A stretch of DNA of 64,000 nucleotides from Bacteroidales bacterium. Its GTDB lineage: Bacteria; Bacteroidota; Bacteroidia; Bacteroidales; B18-G4. Every line of letters starts with the position of its first letter. Positions within the stretch are counted from its first letter, which is position 1. Made by a program: the position numbers and the translations under genes. The notes under the pieces were generated by a model. The model ran no database searches. It saw only the letters and a program-made list of their open reading frames with translations, and was not told where the DNA came from. The DNA is taken from assembly GCA_018400295.1 (NCBI GenBank), contig JAGYMZ010000001.1, positions 70,049 to 134,048 of the forward strand, written 5' to 3'. Below are positions 9,655 to 19,357 of this stretch, piece by piece.

Positions 9655-10406
9655 TAATTCTTAAAGAGTTTATTTTCGAGGGTTTTAAAGACTTCTGTTG
9701 CTTTTCCCTGAATATATATGTCGGTGATGTTATTCGTGAAATTCGAGTCGCCCACATTGACTTCAATGATTTTTGCCCCGTTTTGTTTGGCAAGAAAAGG
9801 GATCTGGCTGGCGGGCATAATTTCCCCCGTTGTTCCGATGATGATAAAAACATCGGCATTGTTGGCATCCTGAATAGATGACATATAGGCATCCTGGGGG
9901 ATCCCTTCTCCAAAGAAAATAAAATCTGGCTTAAGCAATCCCCCGGTTTCTTCCGAGCGGGGTGGAAGCTTGGTCAGGTCGACCGAATCAACGGGAAATC
10001 GTTTTCCTGAATTTATACATACAAGATTTCTTGAATTTCCATGAAACTCGCGAACAGTTTGGCTCCCGGCATCCTGATGCAAATTGTCGATGTTTTGCGT
10101 GATCACCGAGTTCAACAATCCGTTTTGTTCCATGCGGGCCAGTACTTTATGGGCGGTATTGGGTTTGGCTTTCCCAAAAAAGTCATAGAAAATTTTTTTT
10201 ATCACTGCCCAGGATTCTTCTGGATGGAGTTGAAAATAATTAATGTCAAGCAACATGGGATCATAACGGTTCCAGAGCCCTTCCTTGCCCCTGAACGGCG
10301 GAATGCCGCTCTCCACCGAAATGCCCGCCCCGGTGTAAGCCACGGTGTATTTCGAGGCCCGGATCAGCCGGACGGCCTCTTCATAACTGTTTCTTCCGGT
10401 GGTCAT
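9654..10406 (-). CDS. cobB: NAD-dependent protein deacylase (Sir2/CobB family)
   Basis: GAGISVESGIPPFRG and catalytic TQNIDNLH motifs. Start set at ATG 10406 (MTTGRNSYEEAV), supported by a TAnnTTTG box at 10439-10446. The track start at 10538 adds 44 non-conserved aa. Confidence 0.85.
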   Translation of the reverse strand: MTTGRNSYEEAVRLIRASKYTVAYTGAGISVESGIPPFRGKEGLWNRYDPMLLDINYFQLHPEESWAVIKKIFYDFFGKAKPNTAHKVLARMEQNGLLNSVITQNIDNLHQDAGSQTVREFHGNSRNLVCINSGKRFPVDSVDLTKLPPRSEETGGLLKPDFIFFGEGIPQDAYMSSIQDANNADVFIIIGTTGEIMPASQIPFLAKQNGAKIIEVNVGDSNFTNNITDIYIQGKATEVFKTLENKLFKN

Positions 10407-10438
10407 ATGTAAATATTTATTGGCAACATCATTTTTTG

Positions 10439-10446
10439 CAAATATA
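10439..10446 (-). promoter_or_regulatory. -7 promoter box TATATTTG upstream of cobB
   Basis: Plus-strand caaatata, 33 nt upstream of ATG 10406. Confidence 0.4.
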
Positions 10447-10605
10447 ATTCTTTTCCACGATCCTTTCGCTGTGGAACGGCTGGGTATGATAATGAAGTGT
10501 TCATACAAACCTGCATAAACCGCAGGGTGGAATGCCAATTTTGATGCCTGGGTTGAGCATGGGCGGGATCTTAGAACAATGTCCGCCGACTGGCACGCTC
10601 CCTGC

Positions 10606-13440
10606 TTAATTCATCAGTTCATCAAACATGATGGTGATATAATACAGGCCTCCGATCTGCGCACTGCCAAAGGAGGTATTATAGGGTGTATTTAAAACAT
10701 TGGAAGCGCCTGCTTTAATCACGGACCTAAGGGATGTGATATGGAGGGATACCTGTGCATCCATGATCTGGAAGGGCGGGATCTCAGCGGTTCCAAATGC
10801 GGATTGCCAAAGGAATTTATCCTGCCATCTCCAGGATATCCCAAAACCCAGATTTTTTATAACCGTACGGTTGCCAATGGAGAGGTTTGCACGGTATCGT
10901 GGTGTGTTATACCTTGATTGAAATCCCGGCGGCCGGTCTCCCAGCGATTGCAGGGCATCATATGCAATATTGCCTTTAAAATAGAACCGGCCTGGGAGCA
11001 GCAGATCTGCCCCCAGGGTCCATCCAAAGGTCGTTATGGGTTCATCGGTGCTGACCGTTGTCTGGTAGCGTTTTTCATTTTCGGTAAAAGGATCCTGGGC
11101 CAGAACCTGTGTTGCCAGGAAGCCGTTATAACGGTTAAGGTAAGTGTATGCATCGATATAGAGCATACGGTTCATAAACAAACCTTTATAACCTATTTCA
11201 AAAGCCGTGACCCTTTCCGGACGGAATTCGGGGAATTGATAATAGCCGTAACTTGTATCTGCCGCATCGTTGATCGGGTTGGGACCTGTAAGCGGATAGG
11301 CTGGATTTTGGTCCAGGTTGTGCAGCGCCCGGACCTCAGGCAATCCGCCAATGACCGTAAAAGGGCCTACATTCAGGTTTACGTATTGATCTGCAATGGA
11401 TGGAAACCGGTAAGCGGTTTGTACCGAGGTACGTATATTGTGATCTTTCTCATCGTCAAGGGAATAAACAAGGGAAATTCTTGGCGTAAGCCTGCCCTTA
11501 AAGTTGTCATTCTTGTCGTAACGTGCAGATGCCGTGATTTTGAGGTTTTTGTTAAAAAACGCCTTTGATGCCTGTAAATAAGCACCGTATTGGTGTATCA
11601 GGAGCGGGTCGCCCGGGGGGTCGATAAAGACTGTTCCTTCACTGTTGATTCGGTAAATGCGGTAATTTCCGCCTGCGATTACTTCAGCCCAGTCGGTCAT
11701 ATGCGAAAAATTATACATTCCTTCGAGATGATATAGCTGGCTTTTATCAAGGACCCGGGCTCCGCCTTCGCTGACAGGTATACGGATGATGCTGTCCAGC
11801 AAAGCGTTGAATCGAGGGGTGTTTGCATACGGAAAGGCGGGTTGGGAATTGTTGAGTTTGTTTCCATGGGGGTCCCTGTTTTCAGCCACTTGCCGGGCGA
11901 AATCATAGGCACCGTTCAGATTGTCCGGGTCGGTAAGTATCTGTTGGGCAAAAGCAGATATGTAATCCGAATACCATGTTTTGCTTGGTTTCCATGCTTC
12001 ATTGATCTGAAGGGCTGCCCCCCCCGCATTATAAGTATCTCCCGAATTTTCACTGACGCGGTAGGCCCTTATTGTATAATCCGGACTTTTCAGTTCCCCG
12101 GTCAGTGTCAGCATATGGAAGTTCCGGAATGAAAACCGGTTTTGTGCTGTGTAAACGCTGTTTCCCTGACCGTATGTCCCTTTAATGCTGGCTTCCAGTT
12201 TTTCCGTGAACCGGTAGTGTGCAGAGGCATTAAAACGCAACACACGGGTGTTATAATCCACAATGTTATGTTCCTTCCAACCGCTACGGGTTATTACCTG
12301 ATCGGGGAAAAGGCTGATGACATGATTGACAAATTCATTGTATTCCTGTGTGCCAGGCTCAAGCCCGCGGGCTTGAGCTATCCCTTCGGCCACCTGGGGG
12401 GCGACATTTTTCAGGTTTACCGGGGCGATGATGTCATCCCCGTAAACATTAACACCATCGTATCCCTCATTGGTGTTGCGGTTTATCCAGGGTTCATCCA
12501 AATGGTTTTTATCGCGGTAATCAGCCGCGTACCAATCGGTTGCACTTAGATATGTACCGCCAATCCGGAAAGCCAGCCGGTTACGAAAAACTTTGGCATA
12601 CCTGAAATTAAAGTCTGTCATTGGCGTGGGATCGTCCCGGTAACCGGCACCGACATGCATGATCCCTGTTTGCAGGGACAGGGTCAGGCCTGGATAATCG
12701 AAAGGGGATTTGCTTTTCATCAGTAAAATGCCATTCATACCTCCGGGGCCGTATAATGCCGACGATGCGCCCACCAGCAATTCCACACTTTCCACTTCAA
12801 CCGGTGACAGGCCGAATATATTACCGGCGGGGAAACTCAGTCCGGGCGCCGTATTATCCACCCCATCGATTAGCTGGTTCAGCCGGTAATTGTTCTCACC
12901 TGTGAATCCCCGTGTATTGGGAAAACGGAAGGTGAGGCTGTGCACATTCATGTCCACGCCCTTGAGTTTGTATAAACCGTCGAAGTAATTTGCTGCTTCC
13001 GTTCGCTGAATTTCCCTGATGTTCAATTTTTCAATGGTGACCGGGGACTCCATGATGTTTTCCTCAACGCGGGAGGCAGAGATCACGATCTCCCTTCCAA
13101 GAATGGGTTGCACATCCAGGCGTATGTCAAGGACGGTATGTTTTTCCGTGATTTGTATTTCCTGTTTGGCATAGCCCAGAAGGGATGCGATAACGACAAA
13201 GGGAGGCCGGGTTGAGGTTGATAATTGAAAAGTCCCATCCGTACCGGTTATTGTACCAATGAGTTTTTCTTTAATATAGATATTTACTCCGGGTAGCGGA
13301 TCACCGCTTCCGGAATCCTTTACCATCCCCGTTATCCTTGTATCTTGCGCAGGCAGAACGCCGGGAAGGATCATTGTCAGAAAGCAATGTATGATCAGAA
13401 TGATGCGACAATTCCCCATGGCAACCATAATGTGATACAA
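10606..13440 (-). CDS. TonB-dependent receptor (CarboxypepD_reg plus plug plus beta-barrel)
   Basis: ITGMVKDSGSGDPLPGVNIYIKE (CarboxypepD_reg), plug IEKLNIREIQ, VELLVGASSALYGPGGMNGILLM, then a long beta-barrel region. Start uncertain (several Met in the first 8 codons). Confidence 0.85.
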   Translation of the reverse strand: MYHIMVAMGNCRIILIIHCFLTMILPGVLPAQDTRITGMVKDSGSGDPLPGVNIYIKEKLIGTITGTDGTFQLSTSTRPPFVVIASLLGYAKQEIQITEKHTVLDIRLDVQPILGREIVISASRVEENIMESPVTIEKLNIREIQRTEAANYFDGLYKLKGVDMNVHSLTFRFPNTRGFTGENNYRLNQLIDGVDNTAPGLSFPAGNIFGLSPVEVESVELLVGASSALYGPGGMNGILLMKSKSPFDYPGLTLSLQTGIMHVGAGYRDDPTPMTDFNFRYAKVFRNRLAFRIGGTYLSATDWYAADYRDKNHLDEPWINRNTNEGYDGVNVYGDDIIAPVNLKNVAPQVAEGIAQARGLEPGTQEYNEFVNHVISLFPDQVITRSGWKEHNIVDYNTRVLRFNASAHYRFTEKLEASIKGTYGQGNSVYTAQNRFSFRNFHMLTLTGELKSPDYTIRAYRVSENSGDTYNAGGAALQINEAWKPSKTWYSDYISAFAQQILTDPDNLNGAYDFARQVAENRDPHGNKLNNSQPAFPYANTPRFNALLDSIIRIPVSEGGARVLDKSQLYHLEGMYNFSHMTDWAEVIAGGNYRIYRINSEGTVFIDPPGDPLLIHQYGAYLQASKAFFNKNLKITASARYDKNDNFKGRLTPRISLVYSLDDEKDHNIRTSVQTAYRFPSIADQYVNLNVGPFTVIGGLPEVRALHNLDQNPAYPLTGPNPINDAADTSYGYYQFPEFRPERVTAFEIGYKGLFMNRMLYIDAYTYLNRYNGFLATQVLAQDPFTENEKRYQTTVSTDEPITTFGWTLGADLLLPGRFYFKGNIAYDALQSLGDRPPGFQSRYNTPRYRANLSIGNRTVIKNLGFGISWRWQDKFLWQSAFGTAEIPPFQIMDAQVSLHITSLRSVIKAGASNVLNTPYNTSFGSAQIGGLYYITIMFDELMN

Positions 13441-13596
13441 CCTAATACATCAGGTGTTGTATTTGCATAATTATGCGGAAAATACCGCAATTGCTTCCGT
13501 CAAATGTAAAAAAAATGACCATGACATGGTGGCAAAAAGTTAAGGATAATGGTTTTTTTCCTATTATTGCATACCAAACCATTAAACATCATACCC

Positions 13597-14202
13597 ATGA
13601 ATAAACCAACACGCATCTTAAAAACCCTGTCCGGGATTTTATCCTTTTCATTGATCATTGCTGTTGTTCTGTTGCAGGCATGTAAGGATGACGAAGACGA
13701 TACCAACACAAACGGCGGGAATGGCGGCACCACCGACGATCCGCTGGTTGGTTTCTACCAGTTTGTTTCTGCTGAATTTAATGAGGAAATTACGATCGTT
13801 GTCGATACCGATACGGTAGACTATGTGCCGGGCGATGATGCTGCACCTTATGTGCAGGGCGGGTTGTTCGGATCTGCTCCCTGCCAGGACCCTCAAAACG
13901 CCGCACTGGAGCTAAGAAATAATTTTGAGGCCTATTATGCCTGCCTGAACGAACCCAACGAATTAAAAATGGGTACGTGGGATTTAAGCGACACACGTAC
14001 AAAACTTTTTTTGAATATTTCCAACCCGGGACCGTTTCAGGTGATCATTGACGATGTGGATCTTTCCCAGAACATTCTTACGGGTGACATCACAAACCTG
14101 CCGGTACCCAAGGTGGATTCCATCCCCGTGGGGCAGGCCCTTCCCGGAGGAGGCCTGAATCTTCAGCTGGTGAACGTACATGTTGTTTTTAACCAGGAAT
14201 AA
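13597..14202 (+). CDS. Hypothetical lipoprotein
   Basis: Signal peptide with lipobox VLLQAC followed by an Asp/Gly/Thr-rich linker. Start moved to ATG 13597 (MNKPTRILK). No recognisable family. Confidence 0.6.
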   Translation: MNKPTRILKTLSGILSFSLIIAVVLLQACKDDEDDTNTNGGNGGTTDDPLVGFYQFVSAEFNEEITIVVDTDTVDYVPGDDAAPYVQGGLFGSAPCQDPQNAALELRNNFEAYYACLNEPNELKMGTWDLSDTRTKLFLNISNPGPFQVIIDDVDLSQNILTGDITNLPVPKVDSIPVGQALPGGGLNLQLVNVHVVFNQE

Positions 14203-14294
14203 AAATATTGCAGGGATGTATATTCAAAGGTACAGAAACGTAGCCAACTTCCTCTGGTACTGACATCCAGATCTGATAAACGCTTGACCAGATG

Positions 14295-14325
14295 ACCCCG
14301 GGCGGCTACACTCCCGGGGTTTTTT
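14295..14325 (+). terminator. Rho-independent terminator
   Basis: Stem ACCCCGGG / CCCGGGGT (14295-14302 with 14313-14320) followed by a T tract 14320-14325, downstream of the lipoprotein gene. Confidence 0.7.
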
Positions 14326-17300
14326 CATATATGCCTGCCTATGGTTTCCAGGAGCTGGTTGGAAAGGAAGGGCTTTTTGAGGACTTCAATGCAGCCGGCG
14401 CTGAGGATTCTTTCCGCTTCTTCCTGCATTGCATGGGCTGTTTGGGCAATGACTGGCAATTCTGGGTTGATTTCAAGTATCTTCCGGGTTGCTTCCAGTC
14501 CATCCATTTTAGGCATGCGAATATCCATGAGCACAACGTTTACTTCCGGGTTTTTCTTCACCAGATCGATGGCTTCCTCCCCGTTCTTTGCCCATAGAGT
14601 GTTTATGTTGTGTTTCTTCAGGATAATGTGAATATAATCGTGGATGTTCTCTTCATCTTCGGCGATGAGCACGGTTGCTCCCTCGAATTTTTCAGCGTCG
14701 TAACGCTTTTCGGTTTTTATTTCTTCGTCAGCAATAAGGTCTTTATCATACGGAAGCGTAAAATAGAAACTCGTTCCTTTATTTACTTCTGAATTCAGCC
14801 ATATTTCACCACCAAGGATGGAAACCAGTCCTTTACAAATTGCCAGTCCCAGTCCGGTGCCGCCATACTCCTCAGATATTTTTGCATCGCTTTGCTGAAA
14901 ACGTTCGTATATTTTTTCCTGCTTGCTTTCCGGTATGCCAATGCCGCTGTCAGAAACGTAAAATTCAACCTCTTCCTTCCGCACTTTATAGCCGAATTCC
15001 ACATGGCCCTTCTTGGTAAATTTGAGTGCATTGCCAATGATGTTGCTCAGGATCTGGCGTAGGCGGATAGGATCCGTATGAATTACAATGTCTTCATGAT
15101 CCCTGGGGGGCTGGTACCGGATGTCAATATTTTCCCTGTCAAGGATGGTCTTTTGCTGTTCATAAAGCAAATGGATATCCTTCAGGATTTTGTGTACGGA
15201 AGTATTTCTTTTATTGATCTTGAGCTCTCCTGCTTCAATCTTGGCGATATCAATAATATCGTCGATCAGCTTCAGCAATTGATTGGAATTGGCATTGATG
15301 ATTTCAAGGTACTTGTTTTTTTCTTCTTCTGTCATTGACGGGTCCTTCAGTAATTCTGAAAAACCGATAATGCCGTTGAGCGGGGTTCGAATCTCGTGGC
15401 TTGCATTGGCCAGGAAAACATTTTTATGGACATTGGCCAGTTCTGCCCGTTCCTTCGCCACCTTCAGCTCCTCTTCCATTTTTTTCTTGCGGGTGTTGTC
15501 CTCACCGATCTTGACAAAATTGGTGATCCTTCCGGTTGAATCTTTAATGGGTGAAATGGTGGCCATTTCCCAGTAATGGTTCCGGTCTTTGCGTTTTATG
15601 AATAATTCTCCCTGCCAGTTTGAACCGGACCTGACGTTGTTCCAGAGATCCTGATAGAAATTTTTGTCGTGAATACGGGATTCCAGGATGGAAATATTCT
15701 CACCTGTCAGTTCCTCTTTGGAATATCCGGTCAGTTCGGCAAATTTTGGGTTCATATAAATAAAATCCCCGTTCAGATCTGTGATGGATATGGATACAGG
15801 TGCCTGGTCCATGGATTGTTTCAGGCGTTGCAATTCATATTCAGCGGCTTTATGCATTGTGATGTCGTGGTATATGCCAACCATGCGTGTCACAATGCCT
15901 TCATCATTGGTTACTGCTTTTGCACGTTTGTGGATCCACCGGTAGGAACCATCGGTATGCTTCATCCGAAAATGGGATTCGAAGATGTCCGATGGATTTT
16001 GGAGAAAGCTTTCCAGTTCGTCCTGGACCCGGCTGAAATCATCGGGATGCAGAAGGTTTTGCCAGGAAACGTATTTATTCAGGGTCGCATCTTCCGGAAA
16101 ACCCAGCATTTTTTTCCAACGCTTGCAATAATAAGCTTCATCCGAAGCTGTAAACCAGTCCCAGATGCCGTGTTCAGCTGCCCCGAAAGCCAGGTGGAAG
16201 CGTTCAATATCTTCATTTTCAAGCAGGTTTCTGCCTGCTTCATTTTCGGAATTGTCTGTTTCCTGAATTGTAAGGATGACCCGATTTGCTTCAGGTTCCT
16301 CTTCAGATACTGGTACAAATCTGATGATGCAGGTTTTTTGTTCATTGATCCTGGCGTTCTTTGTTATGGGTGATTTATCGCGGAAGACTTTTTCCAGTTC
16401 TTGTTCAAGATCGATGTCTGTTTTTTTACTGAATGTTTCGATCAGGACGTTGTTGATGGGTTCCTCTTCCGCTCCGGCATCGAAGAACCTCCGGAATATC
16501 CTGTTATGGCTTTTGATGATCAGTTTATCGTCGATGACCGCATAGCCAATGGAAGCTTCGGTGAATGTCCTGATCATGGCTTCATGATCGGCACGCAACT
16601 GATTGCTTCTGTTTTGGATGCTTGCATTGGCATCATACAATTCCTCGTTCAGGAAATCAAGCTGCTTGTTTACATTTTTTAATTCTTCTACTTTTTTTCG
16701 CAGTGCATCGTTTTCCAGGAGCAGTTCCGCATTATTTCCCCGGGGTTCTTCCGCAGGTTTGCTTTTTCCGTCCTGGGTGGAGGGCGGGGGGTGACTGACG
16801 CGGTTTTTTCCCGGTTTACTGGTTTTGCCAACCAATTCTTCATCAGGTTGGTGAAATTCAAGAAGAAGTATGTCTTTTTTACCGGGGAGGCGCCTGAAAA
16901 CCAATTTGACTTGTTCCGGTACAGGTTTGTCCCCATCCGGCGGATACAAGGTTTCAAACCGTGTATGCCCTTTTTTAATAAGCCCGGTTCCTTTGATTAT
17001 TTCAGAAGCAAGGCTTCCCCTGGTTAAGCTCAGCAAGCTGGGTTCAAATATTCCATCCGGGAAGTCAAGAAAAGACCGGGCTTTTCCGCGGAGGAATAAG
17101 ATTTTATAGGAATATGTAAAAAAGATGCAGGACGGAGCATACAGATCAATCAGGCAATTAAGGAAAGATCGTTCACCGGCTTTTTCAGGAGTTTCTGAAT
17201 TTCCGGGCTCATCTTCCGGCAATTGTTCCGGTCCGTTTTGGGTGATTTTTACCTGGTTTTCTGCCGCGATATTTGCCATGGGTTGGTTTTCCCGGGGTGA

Positions 17301-18842
17301 TGGCATTGTTTTTTGTGCTTCCGGTATCCCGGCTTTATTATTTCCGGTTACCGGAGTTCCGGGAACAGCATCTGGTTTTTGGTATAAAAGATGTTGCTCA
17401 GCGATGAGATTTAATCCGGAAATTTCCGGGACCCCGACAGGGTCATCCAGAAATAAATATCCGCCCGGCTTCAGGGCATCGATCAAATTTCGAAGTATTT
17501 GTTGGCGGTAATCTTGTTTAAGGAAGGGGAGTAAGTTCCTGCAGGAGATATAATCGAAGCCTTTTTCAGGGGGGGCTTGGTTCAAATCGTGAATTTCGAA
17601 TGAGAACTTATTCCTGATCCTTTCTATGATCCGGTATTTGCCATTGGTTTTATTAAAGTAATATTTCAGCCAGGAATATGGAAGAATGCGTTCAATAATT
17701 CCTGGAAGATAACCGGTTCTGGCCATTTTTACCGCTTCGGGGTCAAAATCTGTGGAAAAGATCTCAAAATCAACGGTAGAGCGCTGTTCTTCAATCAGAT
17801 CATTCAGTATAATGCCCAGATAATAGCTTTCTTTTCCTTCGGAGCAACCCGCGATCCAAATGTTGACAACCTCACCTTCCATTTTTGTTTCCAGGATCTT
17901 AGGCAATACCCTTTTTTTAACCTGCTGGTAGGAAGTTGTATTTTCGAAAAAATCATCGCCCCAGTTCAACAGGTCCGATATCAGTTCCCTTTTTTTTGCT
18001 GCATCGTCTTGAATGCTCTTTAGATACTTGTCTGGATCGGACTGATTGTCCAATCTCATTCTGGATTTTATCCGTTGTTTGAGTACTTCTTCCCTGTATT
18101 GATGGAAAGGAATTCGTGAGTACCCGGCAAGTTCCCGGATGATCTGATTGAAATAATCCGGTTTGTCATCCTCCGGAGTGCCTTGTTCAATCTCCGGTTT
18201 TTTTTTCTCTGATCCGTTTTCTCCTGGTTTCAGGCGGGCGTTTGATGATGCGTTTTTTTTTGACCCCGATAGATTCTCGGCCATCTGTGCAATTTCAATG
18301 GCAATTTTATCCGGGGTCAATATATAATCCACTTTATTGCTGGCAATGGAGGCATTTGGCATTTCCTCAAACTGGGCAGATCGTGGATCTTGCACGAATA
18401 TCATTCCCCCGCCTTCTTTGATCTGTTTAAGTCCCAGGGCACCATCTTCCCCGATCCCTGAGAGCACCACTCCCACAGCCTGCTTGCCTGCTTCCTTTGC
18501 CAGAGAGGAAAACAGCGAATCAACAGGGTTCAGGTCAGGTGTCCCTTTATCGGATGGGCGGGTTTTGATGTGGCCATTCTCAATGCATATCGTTTTGGTC
18601 GTATTGCTAAAATATATGGTGTCTGGTTCAATTTTTTTGTTTTCCAGATCAGAAAAGACTGTCATATTGGAATGGCGGCTGAGCAACTTAGGGATGAGTG
18701 TGTTAAAATTCGGGGAAAGATGATTGATGATGATGAATGAAGTTCCGGACCCTTCAGGAAGGTGGTCGAAAAATTCCTGAATTGCATACAATCCTCCATA
18801 AGAAGCTGCCATGCCAACAACTAGATAATCTTTGGGTTTCAT
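14325..18842 (-). CDS. CheB methylesterase-CheR methyltransferase-PAS-histidine kinase-receiver megaprotein (about 1505 aa)
   Basis: - CheB: MAASYGG (Ser), IINHL (His), LSGIGEDG (Asp).
- CheR SAM site: IWIAGCSEGKESYYLG.
- Coiled coil, then PAS repeats.
- H-box ASHEIRTPLNGIIG, then HATPase GGTGLGLAICK.
- Receiver VVLMDIRMPKMDG.
Start at ATG 18842; the track start at 18854 is a TTG. Confidence 0.85.
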   Translation of the reverse strand: MKPKDYLVVGMAASYGGLYAIQEFFDHLPEGSGTSFIIINHLSPNFNTLIPKLLSRHSNMTVFSDLENKKIEPDTIYFSNTTKTICIENGHIKTRPSDKGTPDLNPVDSLFSSLAKEAGKQAVGVVLSGIGEDGALGLKQIKEGGGMIFVQDPRSAQFEEMPNASIASNKVDYILTPDKIAIEIAQMAENLSGSKKNASSNARLKPGENGSEKKKPEIEQGTPEDDKPDYFNQIIRELAGYSRIPFHQYREEVLKQRIKSRMRLDNQSDPDKYLKSIQDDAAKKRELISDLLNWGDDFFENTTSYQQVKKRVLPKILETKMEGEVVNIWIAGCSEGKESYYLGIILNDLIEEQRSTVDFEIFSTDFDPEAVKMARTGYLPGIIERILPYSWLKYYFNKTNGKYRIIERIRNKFSFEIHDLNQAPPEKGFDYISCRNLLPFLKQDYRQQILRNLIDALKPGGYLFLDDPVGVPEISGLNLIAEQHLLYQKPDAVPGTPVTGNNKAGIPEAQKTMPSPRENQPMANIAAENQVKITQNGPEQLPEDEPGNSETPEKAGERSFLNCLIDLYAPSCIFFTYSYKILFLRGKARSFLDFPDGIFEPSLLSLTRGSLASEIIKGTGLIKKGHTRFETLYPPDGDKPVPEQVKLVFRRLPGKKDILLLEFHQPDEELVGKTSKPGKNRVSHPPPSTQDGKSKPAEEPRGNNAELLLENDALRKKVEELKNVNKQLDFLNEELYDANASIQNRSNQLRADHEAMIRTFTEASIGYAVIDDKLIIKSHNRIFRRFFDAGAEEEPINNVLIETFSKKTDIDLEQELEKVFRDKSPITKNARINEQKTCIIRFVPVSEEEPEANRVILTIQETDNSENEAGRNLLENEDIERFHLAFGAAEHGIWDWFTASDEAYYCKRWKKMLGFPEDATLNKYVSWQNLLHPDDFSRVQDELESFLQNPSDIFESHFRMKHTDGSYRWIHKRAKAVTNDEGIVTRMVGIYHDITMHKAAEYELQRLKQSMDQAPVSISITDLNGDFIYMNPKFAELTGYSKEELTGENISILESRIHDKNFYQDLWNNVRSGSNWQGELFIKRKDRNHYWEMATISPIKDSTGRITNFVKIGEDNTRKKKMEEELKVAKERAELANVHKNVFLANASHEIRTPLNGIIGFSELLKDPSMTEEEKNKYLEIINANSNQLLKLIDDIIDIAKIEAGELKINKRNTSVHKILKDIHLLYEQQKTILDRENIDIRYQPPRDHEDIVIHTDPIRLRQILSNIIGNALKFTKKGHVEFGYKVRKEEVEFYVSDSGIGIPESKQEKIYERFQQSDAKISEEYGGTGLGLAICKGLVSILGGEIWLNSEVNKGTSFYFTLPYDKDLIADEEIKTEKRYDAEKFEGATVLIAEDEENIHDYIHIILKKHNINTLWAKNGEEAIDLVKKNPEVNVVLMDIRMPKMDGLEATRKILEINPELPVIAQTAHAMQEEAERILSAGCIEVLKKPFLSNQLLETIGRHI

Positions 18843-19079
18843 AATTTGAGTCAAAATTGCATCCGGTGTTCGAAAGGTAAAGATACAAAATCAGGGTAGG
18901 GGTGTTAATGGGTAAAATTACTGATATTTACCGGTTTCCTGCACCCATTAATCGTATATTATTGATACACAGAGTAAAAGTCCAGATATAATAAATTATG
19001 AAAATATTATTGTTCATAATTCATTGTGGTAAAACGTTGTTATATAACGTACTATACGATATTGAAAGAATAACATATG

Positions 19080-19108
19080 TATGTGTATACGTTTAAAATT
19101 ATGTGTAT
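19080..19108. repeat. Direct repeat TATGTGTAT x2 with a 20-bp period
   Basis: Identical 9-mers at 19080-19088 and 19100-19108, inside the AT-rich divergent intergenic region 18843-19357. Confidence 0.5.
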
Positions 19109-19357
19109 TCAGGGTTATTATATACATAAAAAATGCAATCTGGGTAAAATCCTGTATATGGATCTATGCGGGAAATACACTGTACGGAATCATTTGTAAA
19201 GGCTTACACCCGGATTTTTGATTCAGGTCTGCCTTTTGATTATCTTTGGAAAGAAAAACAGATGGAATTACAGGGTTAACGGGGTACATTTATTTGTTAA
19301 ACCTTGATTTTTATTTTATAGAAAATATTGTATACCTGATTAAAAAAGACTTAAATT

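Noticed and set aside
9512-9913. 133-aa minus-strand ORF spanning the cobB/DUF456 junction
   Set aside because: It is out of frame with two well-supported genes and has Arg/Pro/Ser-rich, shadow-frame-like composition.
9654-10406. Sir2 gene as an NADase-type antiphage defence effector (ThsA/DSR-like)
   Set aside because: It carries the canonical deacylase motifs (GAGIS..SGIP.FRG, QNIDNLH) and housekeeping size. There is no partner sensor, helicase or TIR/SLOG gene.
15669-16373. 234-aa plus-strand ORF, and the many other 60-230-aa antisense ORFs, e.g. 8165-8707, 10918-11568, 29089-29595, 30325-30858, 43285-43956, 52813-53322, 54035-54526, 56533-57093, 60940-61530
   Set aside because: All are embedded antisense or out of frame within long ORFs that carry strong family motifs. 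They are typical shadow ORFs with no independent support.
18198-18261. Two A9 homopolymer runs (18198-18206 and 18253-18261, sense strand) in the CheB-CheR linker as phase-variation or slippage switches
   Set aside because: Comparable A8/A9 runs occur inside the essential ligA gene (36825-36842, encoding KEKKEKK). Such runs therefore appear to be normal Lys-codon usage in this AT-leaning genome rather than a contingency locus.
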